A DNA stretch of 64,000 bases from Rhynchobatus australiae (GCA_034780895.1 JAUZTB010000027.1:19425324-19489323); one strand, 5' to 3'. Counted from the first letter of the stretch, positions 48,501-62,000 are shown. Translations and numbers: made by a program. The notes: generated by a model from the letters alone, not told the origin.

Positions 48501-50414
48501 GTACTGAGGTGGATTATTAATATATAGCTTATTACTCAGTGGGGCAAAAATTCATCATTGGTTGCTTGTGCAAAAAAGGGTAACATAGTAGTTGCCGTGC
48601 TGTGCACAGTGTTTTTGAAATTCAGTTCTTTTGGCTTGAGTGGAACAGAATTTCTGAAGGAGAGTACAACATTCAACTGCTATAATTTTTTGTGTTTAGT
48701 GTAAACAACTTCTTGAACTTACACCTCGGTAACGTGACTGAAATGTATTGCATGTAGTGTAACTGATAGGCCAGTGTGCATTAAAAGGGCAGTAATGCAC
48801 CCCTGTGTTCATTTAATATCTTAAGTGACAAATGAAGAATTCTTGACACCAGGTAAACCCTGAGATGTAACATCTCGGAATCATTTTTAAATCTGTACTC
48901 TTTGTTCAGATTTATAATGGTTAGGTCCTGAGATTGAGTTGTATAAACTAAAGTTCTATATGGATGAACTAAAGTGGCATAAAACTTTTTAAAGAACTGG
49001 ACTATGGAATGACATATAAATAACATAGTAAAGTTAAAATTAATTACATTAAATATGAATTTTAGTGTAATTAACTTAAGCTAACNNNNTAAGATGCTCT
49101 AGCAAGATGCATTACAATGCACCATATTTATGAATGATGGCAGATGTTTCCCCACTTGTATTTGTAATTATGCCATGAATTGCATGAAAATATAACAGTG
49201 AGTGTATATCTCTTTAATCATCATATTCTGTTAAGATGGAAGCATGCCTGCTGTGGCCCTTCTTCCCACCCAAACAAAGGATATTCTGTGAAATACCTAT
49301 CCATGAAAACAGCTCTCCACTAGCACAGTGGCATGACTGGGAGGTTCTTCAGCAATGCAACAGTGGGCTGTGACAGAGCCCAAGTACAGTAGTGCACTGT
49401 CACTGCTGAATTGAACCAAGAAAATCTTCACATTTTTCTTTCACAATTGCAGTGAAATTATTTCAAGCCTTTAGTATTGCTTGTCCTGGTTCCTGTATCA
49501 GCTAGGTTCCTGTATTCAAGTCGCAAAAAATGTTGGCTGTTTGTGTTGGGTTGAAGCACAAATGCTGTCATTGCTTAAGCAAGATTAAAACATTCAGTAA
49601 ATGAATGTCGTTTGGGACATAGGAATTAAAGGAGCTAAATCAAGGACTGAACTTCAAGCAACACCCACTTTGTACATTGTGTGTGTGTGAGTGTGTCCAG
49701 ATTACTCAAATCAAATTGCGGCTAATGACACATAAACAAACCTTTGATCCCCACCAACTTGGAAAAGCTGACACATTTGGTAATTTCGAGAAGTTGCAGT
49801 TTGGGGGCACAGAATATTGGAAAAAATAGCATTCTTTCAAGAAAGATTGAGATGAGTCATTAAGCCATCAGTATGTAGAAAAGAAATTATGAAAAGTATT
49901 AATAAATTTGAAATCAAAGGCACACATTCAGGATTTGCACCAGCATCTATCTGAAAGATGGAGGAATGTTGAAGGTTTTTGATATGATCCCACAGAACTT
50001 GAGGAAAACCAAGGATAGTTTGGAACATGAGTAAAGTTTAACCCTGAGCTGCACAGGCAGTTGTCCTTGATATCACACTGAAGTAAACAATGGGTGCTGT
50101 GAAAGCCTGCTTCTGTATGAATAGTCTGCTGATGGCAAATTATGGTAATAACATCTGGACTGTGTTGTATGTTACTATACATACCTGGGGTTTCTTGTGT
50201 GCTGATGTATCAGGCAAACTGAAACCTTTGGATGTAGTGCAATTAACAAAAAGTCCCATATTTCAATTATATTTGACATTCCATTGAAATTGAATCACAC
50301 AGCTAGCCAAGTATGGCACTATACAATATAATTTCTAAGCAGTTATACCATGGAGTTGTGTTTTGTGGCAGAAGAAAATTATTCAAAGTGGGAAGATTGC
50401 CCCTTGCAGCTTTC

Positions 50415-52200
50415 GAAATGAAGAGCAAAAAATGTTGGAAAAACTTAGCAGGTCAGGCAGCACCTATGGTAAGAGAAGCAGAGTTAATGTTTTATGCTGG
50501 TGATCTTTTGTCAGAACTGGAAAAATCTAAGTTGTAACAGATTTTAATTAAGTAATGATTGTGGTGGAGAGGGATATTGGATGGTGCAGTGCAAGGAAAA
50601 GCAAGAAGATGTAATAGAGTGGAAGGAGGAGAAATTAAATGGCAAAAGTGATGATGGTGCAGGGTGAAAAGAAGCATTGAGATAAGTAAAGAAATGGAAG
50701 ATAGATCAAGAGAAGGTGAAGACAGCAAAAGTGGAATCATTGTCAGCTCTGGCCATCTGAGAAAATGGAAGCAGTGGTTATGGTCCAAAATGATTGCTTT
50801 TGGAATGCTTCCAAGTGCCTAACCAAATGTTGAGCTACTGTTTCTTAAAGCAAGTAAAGCCATAGATTCATCCCATTATGCCATACCCATCTCAATCAAT
50901 TTTGTTCTCAGCACAAAGCTGAACTCTTCTTCCATTGCTTTTGTCTCCGTGGTCACAATCTAGGCTTGGCATCCTCCCACCATGCAGCCTTCCCTTTCTC
51001 GATGCAGCAGAATTCTCATCCCACCTGGCCTCTCCAGATGTTTTCATCGGAAACTGCCAGTGTGGAATTGGCCACCTCAATGTTAAAACCCCACTCACTT
51101 AACCTAACTCTGGCCCTCTCAGGAGCAGTTTGTTACCTCAGGTACAACTGTAACACTGGGCTAAGATGGCATTGTTCTTGCTTGTAGATTAACCAATAAA
51201 TTTCTTGATACCACCTGCTTCTTTGCTGGTCTGTGGTGCTGCTGTGGTTTTCCTGTCAACACCTCTTCTGGAGTTCCTTTCTCCATGGCCTCCAGTGTAA
51301 TTGACCGAACCCTCAACTGTGAGTGCTCCATTTACTTTAATTTTACTGCCATCCTTTCCCACCCCCAGCAAGACTTGGCATCCCCAGCAAGTTCTCACTA
51401 ATTAAATCTTCCCCTACACTTTGGCCATTCCGAAGGCCATTCCAGTTCTTTCCTCCTTCGCCACTACCATAGACTCTCCCTGCCACAACACCTTTCTAAG
51501 GTAGTGCAAGAGATGTAATAAACCCCCTTTTGCCTCCTCCATAAAGGTTCCAAACTCTTCTTCCAGATGAAGCAGTATAACAAACTGAAAGAGCTTCTGT
51601 GATCACTGCTCATGATTTGATCTCTTCTGTGTTTGGGAGACCCAATGCAGATTGGTGACCATTTTATGAAGGACCTCTCCTCAGCCCTCAGCATCTTGTT
51701 ACTGGCTATATTAATTCTCTGGACACTGTGATCTCTTTATTTGGGTCCCCTGCCAAAGCTGACTGTAATCTCGAGGAACAGCATATCATCTTTTGATTAG
51801 GTATTTGACAGCCTCCTGGTTTCACCATTGCGTTCAACTATTTCAGTTCATACTGTTTGACTGCCATTTTTGAGGCAAGCCCAATTGGTAAAGGTCCTTC
51901 TGTTCGAGGTTGAACTCCCTCTGAATGAATCTTTTATTTATTTACCTCTCCAACTCAGTCCCTTTTCCTGTGCACCTTTATCCCTTTCATCACTTAACCT
52001 ACCAGAAACCTTTTATTTAGTTTTTGTTCTTTACCACACCCCATCCTTAACCCTCTGCCTCTGAACTTGCTTAAAACCTGTTGATTCTGTTTTTTTTCCA
52101 GTGAAGGAGAGATCATCAGCCTGAAATGTTATATTTGCTATTCTCTTTTCCTGCATAGATGCATCCTAATCTGTCAAGAGTTCCATCGTTTTCTGCCTTC
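50415..52200 (+). mobile_element. Penelope-like element remnant with GIY-YIG endonuclease and inverted termini
   Basis: 51.5-51.85 kb translates with frameshifts to CKRC..KGSKLFFQMKQ..ETQCRL..DHF..NLEEQHIIF*LGI*QPPGFTIAFNYF; an inverted copy of the terminal repeat lies at 50415-50530. Confidence 0.8.
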
Positions 52201-52327
52201 ATATAATTTTAGCCATTCATCTACACTTTGGTACGTTGTTTTCACTGTATTAAAAGAATGGGGAATGTAAATTGGAATATAGTATTCACAACCTAATGAT
52301 TAGAGGCAAACAAGAACAGCGAGCCTA

Positions 52328-52328
<1 letters not shown>

Positions 52329-52405
<77 letters not shown>
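52329..52405. repeat. (TG)n microsatellite
   Basis: Direct reading. Confidence 0.97.
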
Positions 52406-52407
<2 letters not shown>

Positions 52408-53979
52408 ATATAAACAATATAGGTGATGACAAACAGATCAGTAATGGAACCTGAAGAGACAAATTAAAAAGAGGAAAGGGAAGGCAATCTGCTTTCAATG
52501 CTCTGTCCTTGCCCTACTCCCACAACTACATTCATAATTGAAAGGAACATGCATTCTACTTTGTAGAAACACAGTGCCACAGAAAGAGCCAGATTGCCTT
52601 CTCTCCTTTTTGCACTTTCAAATTATTTGTTTGGAACCTAATAAGGCCATTATACATATTTGAATGACCAGATAAATCTGTACCACACCACTGAAAGGAC
52701 AGTAATGTTAGCAAAATTCATCTGACCAATTTGAGCAGAGAAACAGCTTCTTTAAAGGCACTTTAATTATTTCTTTAATACTAGCTTCTGAAGTGTACAT
52801 TAGTTGAGTCCCACTTCATTTAAAAACTGGCAGCTACTTCAAATTAAATGCACTGTTATTTTCCACAGTATTCTTTCCTATTTTCTCTTCTTTTTAAGTG
52901 GCCAGTTTTCATTTTTTTCACATCAGCACCCAAAGCTCACAGTCAAATGGCCTTGGCATCCATCTCCTTGGCACCCTCCAATACCCACTCCATCTCTTCA
53001 ATGGGTTCCATATCTGGAACAGGTTTATTCCCTGTGCTTGGCTCTTTATATTTTTGCTCTTCCCTTTCCTGTAAAGGGAATGATTCATCTGTAAATTTCA
53101 GTGAAAATTCTACTTGGCATTCTTTCAACCACTCAGTAAAAAGAACCATGCTTTTTAATTGTTGAACTGGGAAAAGGTACGGTGTGAATGGAAGCCTTTG
53201 TGTTGAACAGCATTAATCAATCTCCTGACACTGGGCCCCCTTGTAGTCACCTACTGTTTGTATATATTATAAGGCCTAATTACATATCAGCATTGACTGA
53301 TGGGTGAGCCCTGAGCAGCACCAAGCCGAAGCATCAACGTATTGTCAGATCAGTTGAACAATGTCACTTTTCCAGATTAAAAGTAGTGATTACCAAATGC
53401 CAGACACAGCAGCAGCACCAGTAAACTTCAATCTCTATTCCTGTGTACTTTCCAGTTTGAAGAAGTGAAAAGCTTGTCTGTGGAGAAAGTTGAGTTTTGA
53501 TGAGCCTGCTTTTCTCACTGTACTTAGGAGCAGCTTCAATTGTCACTCCTACTTTGTTTAGACTAGGCGTTTGCTGGCTTCCTGCTGGTTGTGAAGCTGT
53601 TTATGCTAATAAACTCATTAGTGTTGAAAGTGCCTGGTCTTTTTAATCAGTGTGTGCAAAGCAAAGCTTGTTTATGTTGACATGCTGCCAGCACTGGCAC
53701 CCTTTTGCCAAGTGAACAGGACAACTGATGATCTTCTTGAATATAGAGGGATTGAGCCTTTCAAATGGAAGTCCTAGGCTTCAGTTGTGCTTTTACACTG
53801 AACAGCCAAATATAACAAGCCCAGCATATTTCACTTCCACTTTAATCTAAGGAAGTTTATATTCTTTAAAAAAAACATGGTTGTGGTTTAAGGGAGCATT
53901 GCCTCCTGGCTTGCCTCCCACAATCAACCCTCCATAAATGTGAGGTCATTCAAAAATTTGCTTCCCTCTTCTCTGAACA

Positions 53980-54352
53980 TGCAAGGCCCATTCATTTGTT
54001 TTCAAACTCCTCCCTGATTTCTTTCCTTATCTCTGTGATCTTGTCCAGCATGATGTACCTCTGAGTTGTTTGCGCTCCTCTAATTCTGGCTTCTTGACAA
54101 TCCCTGATTTTAATTCCTCTATCCTCAGTGACAATTTGTTCAGCTACCTTGATAGAGTCTAGGGTCTTGGTATTTCTGCCCTAAACCTCAACAAAAGCCT
54201 CCCTCCCCACCCCACCCTTCACCCTGCTCCTTCAACCTTGTTACCTCCTTGTAGCTCAGTGTCAACTTTTGTATAAGAAAGCCACTGTGAAGCAACGAGA
54301 GATATTTTTGCACATTAAAGATGCTGTGCAAATCTTTTATTTTCTGGTTGTT
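53980..54352 (+). mobile_element. L2 LINE 3' end, decayed
   Basis: ttgttttcaaactcctccc..tatctctgtgatcttgtccagc..tgcgctcctctaattctggc..cattaaagatgctgtgcaaat..gttgttg. Confidence 0.65.
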
Positions 54353-55074
54353 GGCCAACTTTGAACATCTCTGCACTCTAGTAGTCCAGCGTCAATAAAT
54401 GACTCTGCTTTGCACTTCAACTGTTAGCACTAGCAATTGTTTCCTTTTATGTATTTTTTCTTCCTTCAGATTGGAGCTCATTGTTCAACCATGATATACT
54501 GTACTGAGGGTTAGGCAGATGCCTTGCTTACAATTCCTCACAGTGGAATTCATGCTTGGGATTGGTGGCCCAAGTTCTACTACTTTCCATCTACCTTTGT
54601 AGACTGTCTATTTGTATCAATTTTTTTGAATCTCCAGTGAACATATGTGCCCTTGCAACTACCATTCATTGAGATGGTGTCCATTGATCATAGTCTGTTA
54701 TGAAAGGGTACCAACTGCAGGTAGCTTGTTTGTTCCTGGCTTCTTGTGAGTGGTAATGGATTAAAGTTGCAAAAGTGTGTTATGCAAATAGTAAATCAGA
54801 ACATCAGACTTGTATCTTGCTGCTTTAAGGATATTACCTGTCTCCATTTCCTAGTCTTAATAACATTCTCTCAAAATCTGTCTGTTAAACGATCCTTTCT
54901 TCTGTTTGTGTGCTCTGTTTATTCTTCCTCTCAGTAAGATCCATGGGTATTATATTTGAAGCACAAAATAAATAGTGGTTGATGATCAGGTCTGCTGTAT
55001 GTGCTTGACATTGGTCGAGCATTAATGCTTCAAACTGAACAGATTTTTGGAGGTTTGATCAATTGCAGGATTCA

Positions 55075-55900
55075 TCAGGTATTGACTTTGGCAGCTGAAA
55101 CTATGGTACCAGTGGTGGAGCAATTCAAGGATGGTTAGAACTACTTGAAGGAATCCAGGTACTGGGAGAGAATTACAGATGCACATGAGTCCATGGACGG
55201 ATTTGAATACAAAAGTTGCAGATTTTGAAACTGAATCACTGCTTAGCCAAGAGCCCACATAAGTCACTGAACACAGATGGTACCTGGTAACAAGTTAGGT
55301 TCTGGGCAACAAAGGTTTGGATATCCTCGAATTTAGAACAATAGGCAGGTGACTAGGATTGCATAGGAATAGTCAAGTCTAGATGTAGCTAAGACATGTA
55401 GAAGTGTTTTGTCAGCAGATGAGTCAGCACTTGAGTCGGCAGATGTTATGGAAAAATAGGGAGTCTTGATGAAGTTCGCCTCCAAGTTTATCATATCAAG
55501 TGTACAAATAGTTTGGTTTTGTTTCAGGCAATTACAAAGGAGAGGGATGGAGTGAGTGGCTGCAGACTGGTATCTAATGGAACCCAAGACATCGGCTTAA
55601 GTCTTTCCACTATTTCTTTGTGATTAATTTTTTTGTTTAATTTTGTAGTAGTTGGCCAACTTTGAACATCAACTAGACAAATGGAATACAGTGGAGGATT
55701 CAAGAATGGCAAAGATCAAGGAGAGATGGACATTGCCAGCACACATATGGGAAGTAACATTACACATTCAGACAGTGTGGTTAAGTGGGAGTATGTTCTT
55801 GAGAAAAAGAAAGGAACCAAAGATAGATGACATGCAAAATTTACCACACTTCCACAGCTACACTCCCAGCATAGCGATTTGTTAAAATATAATTGTTTCT
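55075..55900 (-). mobile_element. L2 LINE RT C-terminal region, decayed
   Basis: ORF 55333-55587 contains ADKTLLHVLATSRLDYSYAIL (L2 HAFVTSRLDYCN-type motif); a decayed YADD-like region lies near 55735. Confidence 0.8.
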
Positions 55901-55969
55901 TAGGCAGCCACTAACATAAGGTAGAGACTCACAAGCCAGTTTTGAAGTTGAATCTCAACCCACAACTTT

Positions 55970-56246
55970 TAAGATATCTTTATTAGTCACATGTACATCG
56001 AAACACACAGTGAAATGCATCTTTTGTGTAGCGTGTGTCGCCACGCTTCCGGCATCAACATAACATGCCCACAACTTCCTAACCTGTACGTCCTTGGAAT
56101 GTGGGAGGAAACCAGAGCACCCAGAGGAAACCCAGGCAGACACAGGAAGAACTTACAAACTCCTTACAGACAGAGGCCAGAACTGAACCCAGGTCACTGG
56201 CGCTGTAATAGCGCTACACTAACCAGAACACTACCATGCCTGCCCC
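55970..56246 (-). mobile_element. Young V-domain SINE, copy 2 (short internal deletion)
   Basis: Matches copies 1 and 3 but lacks ctgggggcagcccgcaag. Confidence 0.9.
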
Positions 56247-56320
56247 TACAGATGCTGGTTGACTGCACTGAGTTCTTCTAACGTTCTGTTTTTGTTCTAG
56301 ATTCCAACACCTGCAGTCTC
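56247..56320 (+). mobile_element. Penelope-derived terminal fragment abutting the SINE
   Basis: acagatgctggttgactgcactgagttcttctaacgttctgtttttgttctagattccaacacctgcagtc. Confidence 0.6.
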
Positions 56321-57089
56321 TTTTTTTCTTCACACTATTACTGAAATTGGTGTTTACAACTATTCAGATATATTTGCTCCATTTTGGTAGACTGCCACAA
56401 GTATTTCAAAGTGCACTAAAAGAAAATTCATTTGAGAAGTAGGTGAAAAATCAAAAAAAAGTTTCTTGATATTGGAAGATGCCAGTGATTCTGTGTGTTG
56501 GCTGAAACTTAATGAATGGCAACCTTTGCACTAGTGTGAACTAATCCCCAAATCTGCACCTCATTCACCTAACACCTGCAAGGGTATTAATTCTGAGTTC
56601 AGAATAGCCCTTGATTTCTCTAAGAAATGAAATATTTTAAAGAATTTGGAAATTCCATGATCTGTTTCATTGGGGTGTGAGCACTTACAGGTTTTGACAC
56701 GTGAATGAATCAAGAAATTAAATAAATTCTTCCCAGGATTGACACTTCTGCAACAAAGTAAAAAGCCTGTGAAAAAAACTAAAAGATATTTAAATAAAGA
56801 CAATTAGAAATGCCCAGGCCGCTCCCTAGAATTGCATCTTTTATAGGGAGGGGAGACCTGTGATTAAGTGCAATGTGATGTCAAAGTGTACAAAATATTC
56901 AGTGTTAAACATTGGTAAAATCAGAGGAACAAGCTGTTTGCTTGCCTGAGGTGAGAGACCACAGCAACTGAAGGTAGCTGAGTCTTGTTCCCTTGTGTTT
57001 TCTCACCTGCTATTGCTGTGTTTTGTTCTTTATCTTCTGCCTTATCCTTGTTTGAATTGGCTGCAGTTCCATATTGTCTGAACATAGAG

Positions 57090-57470
57090 GCTACAAAGAG
57101 CGCCTGAAAGGGCCTTTCTATCAGCCTACCCGTTAACTGCACAGGGGCTGTTTTCCTGCTAATTGCAGTGCAGTTACAATTTCATGCTTTCTTCAATGTT
57201 AGTTTATCACCAGCAACATTTACAGTGCTCTTGTGAGTCACGTACGTAATTAACCCAGTGCTAATTAATGATTAAAATTACACACTAACGCTGTTAATAT
57301 TTAATTCATAGGAAATGGAGGCACCACCTCCTCTGGGCTCTGTGCTTTGAGCCACTTTGAAACGGCGTTCGGTGAAGCGCACCAATCTGAGTTTAGCATA
57401 GGGAGCTTCTTCCTCTCTTGAAATTAGTTGCATCTGAGAGTTTGTTTTGAAATAGACCATTAGCATTTGA
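57090..57470. promoter_or_regulatory. Candidate enhancer or conserved non-coding element
   Basis: No TE recognised, CpG-retaining; TGAGTCA (AP-1), two TAATTA, TAATGATTA, GTTAATATTTAAT (HNF1-like). Confidence 0.4.
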
Positions 57471-59707
57471 ATTAGCTGGGGGCAACCAAGGAAGATATTC
57501 TGCTGAAGGGAAGGGTTGAGAAGTCATAACCTATGCATGTTTATACTCAGGAGGAGCTGTCTAGGCCTACATGACACCGCCATGTTATGCCAGTGGGACA
57601 CACAATCCCACAGAGCTTGCTTTGTCTGTGTGGAGCCCAAATCTTAAAATTATGTGACAGGAGCAGGGCATTAATATGAGCAGTTGTGGGCGCTGTCATA
57701 CAAGGTTTTTTTGTGGCACTACAGTATATTTTTCACTCACTTTAAAAACTAGTTAGCCTTTACTGTCCAGGTCTAACAGTAGACTTGTTTCTACATGTCC
57801 TGAGATGAGAACTGTTTAGGAATGCAAATTTAGAACAGTGAGACACAAAGTACTGGCAGGAAAAGACGCCACAGTTTGTGCATTGAAATGAAGGTTACTT
57901 TATAAGAAACATACTTGACTTTTTACTCAAAATTCTCTTTATTTTTATGCCTGTTGAGTTTCCTTACACTTTCATAAATATGTTGATTTCTGAGCATTGA
58001 TTCCATCTGCCCTACTTTCTGTAACCTCTTGATGTGGTGCTATGAATCTTTTAAAACAAGAGTTTAATTTTCTGTTGAATGTACAATGGAGAAAAGGACT
58101 TCCTCATAGCTGGGCAGAGAAGTTTATGCCTCTTTATGTTTGGAAAATCGGATGAGTAAAGAGCATAGTCATTCTGAATATATTGGAGTAAATTTGTCAC
58201 AGTGGATCACAAAGGATTAACAATATTCACATTCACAATAATCAGCATTTTCCTTTCAGCTAATAGGTTCACAGCGTTGTGAACATCTCTTCCATAGCAA
58301 TGCCCTGTCCCTCTCTCCTGCCTCACCACATTTACGCGCCCCCCCCCCCCACTCCCCAACCCCACCGGCATCTGCCCAAAGTTCTCTATCTGATTTTGTG
58401 AAAATATTCAGTAACTGTATAAAACAAGGCTACTTGAGTCATGCCATAATCAGCCACATAACTTCCATACTTTCCTTAAGTAATACAGTCTGGGGTTGGG
58501 TGCTGGTGAGAATAGGGAGGGAGTGGTGGAGTGAACACAATGTTGAAAGTGTAACCTGGGATGGTTCTTAAAAATCAGGTACTTTCGCAAATCAAATTGG
58601 CTGTCATTCTGTGAAGTAAATTTAGTGTAATCTTAATATTATGGATTTGTGTTCTCTTTGAGTAAGATCTCACAGACTCTAATAAATGGAGGAATGGATG
58701 GATAGAAGATAAGTGAGTGATGTTGCCCTGGGCACACTGACTGCATGTATGAACTTAAACAGCTTCCAGTCTATTTTAGAAACAGACTGATAGCAATAAC
58801 TGAAGATCATTGATTTTACGGGAATCCATGTTCACAGACGTACAAATGATCGACCAGCAGGTTGACTTTTGCCTCCTTAAGTAAGAATTGACTCTGCTTT
58901 CCTGTATTGACTGAAAAGCAAGAGAGGGGTTTCAAGCAAATGCTTACTGCGAAGCAGCTTAGGAAATTCTTCTGTAAAGTTACCCCTGGGGGAAAATAAG
59001 ACACATTGAGAATGGAGAATTTTAATGGGCTGCTGTTAATTTCTTAAAATAAACCATCATGCCATCACTGCATAAGCAGGACACAGTATCGTTGGAGGCT
59101 ATTCATCATTTTCTTTTTTCTACATTCTTGGAACTCTCAGCAAGGTTACTGCAGGTGGGGATGAGAATAGTTTATATTTTTGTTAAGAACGTCAAATCTT
59201 GCATTCATTCTCAGAGGGATAGAATTGCGATATATGTTCAAAGATTCACTGAATGCAAAAAATTAGACCGGCGCTAACAATTTAAAAGATTTCTGTTTTC
59301 CAACAGCAGAATAGGATTTGCATAGAAGGCAACCCTTTTAAGTGTGAAATAATCAAGTGTTGGATCCAAAAATAGGAAATTAATTGTAAAACGTTAGCAA
59401 GGCTGCATCACATTAAAGGAGAGTAGAAAGTTCTGATGCAAGTTTTAATGCATCATGGGCACATAAAGTGGGTACCAGAGTTGGTTTCTATATGCGCCGC
59501 ATATAGGAGCACTACACGAATGAGGAATAAGTGTGCCTCAGGCTACAAGTCTCTTAATGAACTTGAAAAGCTTTTCAGTGATACCCAGTGTTATGCCTTT
59601 TATTGTATAACCAAAAGTACTATCTTCAGCAAGTGCTCTGTCAGGCATTACTTGGACACAATTCTCATCATTTGCATGTTCTGATCTTCTCAATTTAATT
59701 GAACATA

Positions 59708-60007
59708 GCATGGTAGTGTAGCGGTTAGCATAACGCTATTATAGCGCCAGCGACCTAAGTTCAATTCCGGCTGCTGTCTGTAAGGAGATTGTATGTTCTC
59801 CCCATGACTGTGTGGGTTTCCTCTGCGTGCTCCAGTTTCCTCACACATTCCAAAGACATAAGGGTTAGGGAGTTGTGGTCATGCTATGTTGGCGCTGGAA
59901 GTGTGGTAACACTTGCGGGCTGCCCCCAGAACACTCTACATAAAAGATGCATTTCACTGTGTGTTTTGATGTACATGTGACTAATAAAGGTAAGATAAGA
60001 TAAGATA
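59708..60007 (+). mobile_element. Young V-domain SINE, copy 3
   Basis: A-box-like TAGTGTAGCGG, B-box-like GTTCAATTCC, V-like core gtgggtttcctctgcgtgctccagtttcctcacaca, (TAAGA)n tail. Confidence 0.9.
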
Positions 60008-60479
60008 GATCTTCTATCCCATACAAAAAGTTCCTACTGAACCTTTACTCTGGCACTAGCATGCCACGAGATACTCTAAAGTCTCAAGTAAAATGATCAA
60101 GTCAAAGAAAATAGATGCAAAGTTCCCATTAACCAACCTTCTTTACTGCACTATTGCTGAAGATTAGGTAAGGGTATGTATATTTCATTTTGAAGCAACA
60201 AGTATTCCAATTCTTCAACGCAGTCCAGAAACACTTGCAATGGCTCTAATCCAATCTGTCGCATTTGCACCCACTTTACACTGAGGCCAGGATGATATGA
60301 TTCCTGGTTTCATACCTGATCAACTTCAAATGGGTGATGCTATCAGAAACTCACATCCAGATATCTCAGGGTGCAAGGTTCATTTCTGTATTTCTGATGT
60401 CTATAAGTGAAGTGGTACAAAAACCAGATTGAGAGATGTTGCTTTATTGTAAACAGTTCTTCCACAAAAAGCAAGCAAA

Positions 60480-62000
60480 CAAGCTAATAAGATTTGAACA
60501 TTATAATCTGTCCTGGTCCTTGACGGCTTCTTCTGTCTTTACTGCTATATTCAGCTACTCCTCCAGCCATGTTTTTATACCAATGGGGCATGATAAGCAA
60601 GCAGGGCAGTGCCTGTATTTTAAATCTGACCACTTTCCAGGGCACATAGAACTCAAATGTTATACAGACGAGGAAGAGAGGAGTGGTGTGTCCCTCCTTT
60701 CTGCACATGCTCCTGTTGTGGACACTTGATGTGTCTGGCCTTTCACTTGCACTGTGGCTTGACAAGCCAGCAACAGCTTGAAATGGGCTGTCATCACACT
60801 GGCCTACATTAATATCGTTAGAAAAGCCGGAAGTGTCTCCAGTTTGCAGTTGTGGAAATATAACAACTCCTGAATTACTGGGGTTGATTTTGGTACCAGT
60901 GATTTTGAGAGTGAAGAAATGTGCCTGTAACAATGTACTGGGTAGTTTCCACACTCTGAACAATTCTCAACATTAGTGACATGCTTACCAAAAGATGAGA
61001 TGCCAGATTGCCTAAACGTTAATGCAGTTACTTGTGCAGGTCATCATGGCAACCTTATCTACAACATATCTGAATCTCCTTCAGAGTCCAAATGTCCCAA
61101 CTAAATGATCCTCAAAGTCACATAACTCAGTCACATAAAGGAAGATCTCTTCCTGTTATTATTTGCGTTTAAATTTTGAAAAATGGTACCTAATTATATG
61201 ATTGAGGAGCTAGTGTCAGAAATTCAATGTTANNNNNNNNNNNNNNNNNNNNNNNNNNNNNNNNNNNNNNNNNNNNNNNNNNNNNNNNNNNNNNNNNNNN
61301 NNNNNNNNNNNNNNNNNNNNNNNNNNNNNNNNNNNNNNNNNNNNNNNNNNNNNNNNNNNNNNNNNNNNNNNNNNNNNNNNNNNNNNNNNNNNNNNNNNNN
61401 NNNNNNNNNNNNNNNNNNNNNNNNNNNNNNNNNNNNNNNNNNNNNNNNNNNNNNNNNNNNNNNNNNNNNNNNNNNNNNNNNNNNNNNNNNNNNNNNNNNN
61501 NNNNNNNNNNNNNNNNNNNNNNNNNNNNNNNNNNNNNNNNNNNNNNNNNNNNNNNNNNNNNNNNNNNNNNNNNNNNNNNNNNNNNCACCATTTACAGACC
61601 CTAGATTGTCAAACTTGGATGGGTAAGAATTCCTGTGGTCACCTTGTGCAATGAAATTGTAAACACATCCTTTTAGAATGTGTGTTTGCATCTGTGAGAG
61701 ATGCCAAATGGCGGAAATCTTCACAAACACAGTTACAATGTCACTACACATATTGACTGGAAGAATCCTTACCCTAGAGTTCTACTATGGTGTGACATCA
61801 CAAAAGTGTAAGTAAGGCACACAAATCTGAGCAAATTCTGTCTCTACGTGCATGTGCTCACAGGTTCACACATTTGAAGTGCCTCTTATAGACCAACCAT
61901 ATCAATGTCCTTCACCATTATTGTGGCTTCACCTTTATAAAGATTTTGAATAACTTTCACATCTACCTTTGAAGCATGCATCAATTTTTAATCATGAAAT
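60480..62000 (+). mobile_element. Possible very old L2-like LINE ORF2 (endonuclease and linker)
   Basis: Weak motifs in the expected order: ATPP (60554), EQFSTLVTCL (60958), HITQSHKGRSLPVII (61120), KWRKS (61706). Confidence 0.4.

Noticed and set aside
58820-58910. Minus-strand exon candidate with a good acceptor and two open frames
   Set aside because: Weak donor (gtaaaa), no recognised homology, and opposite in strand to the other candidates
59708-59780. tRNA-like A and B boxes
   Set aside because: This is the head of a SINE present in three copies, not a tRNA gene
60484-60963. Longest gap-free ORF (159 aa, minus strand)
   Set aside because: No recognisable domain; the opposite strand shows weak ordered LINE endonuclease motifs, so a chance antisense ORF is more likely
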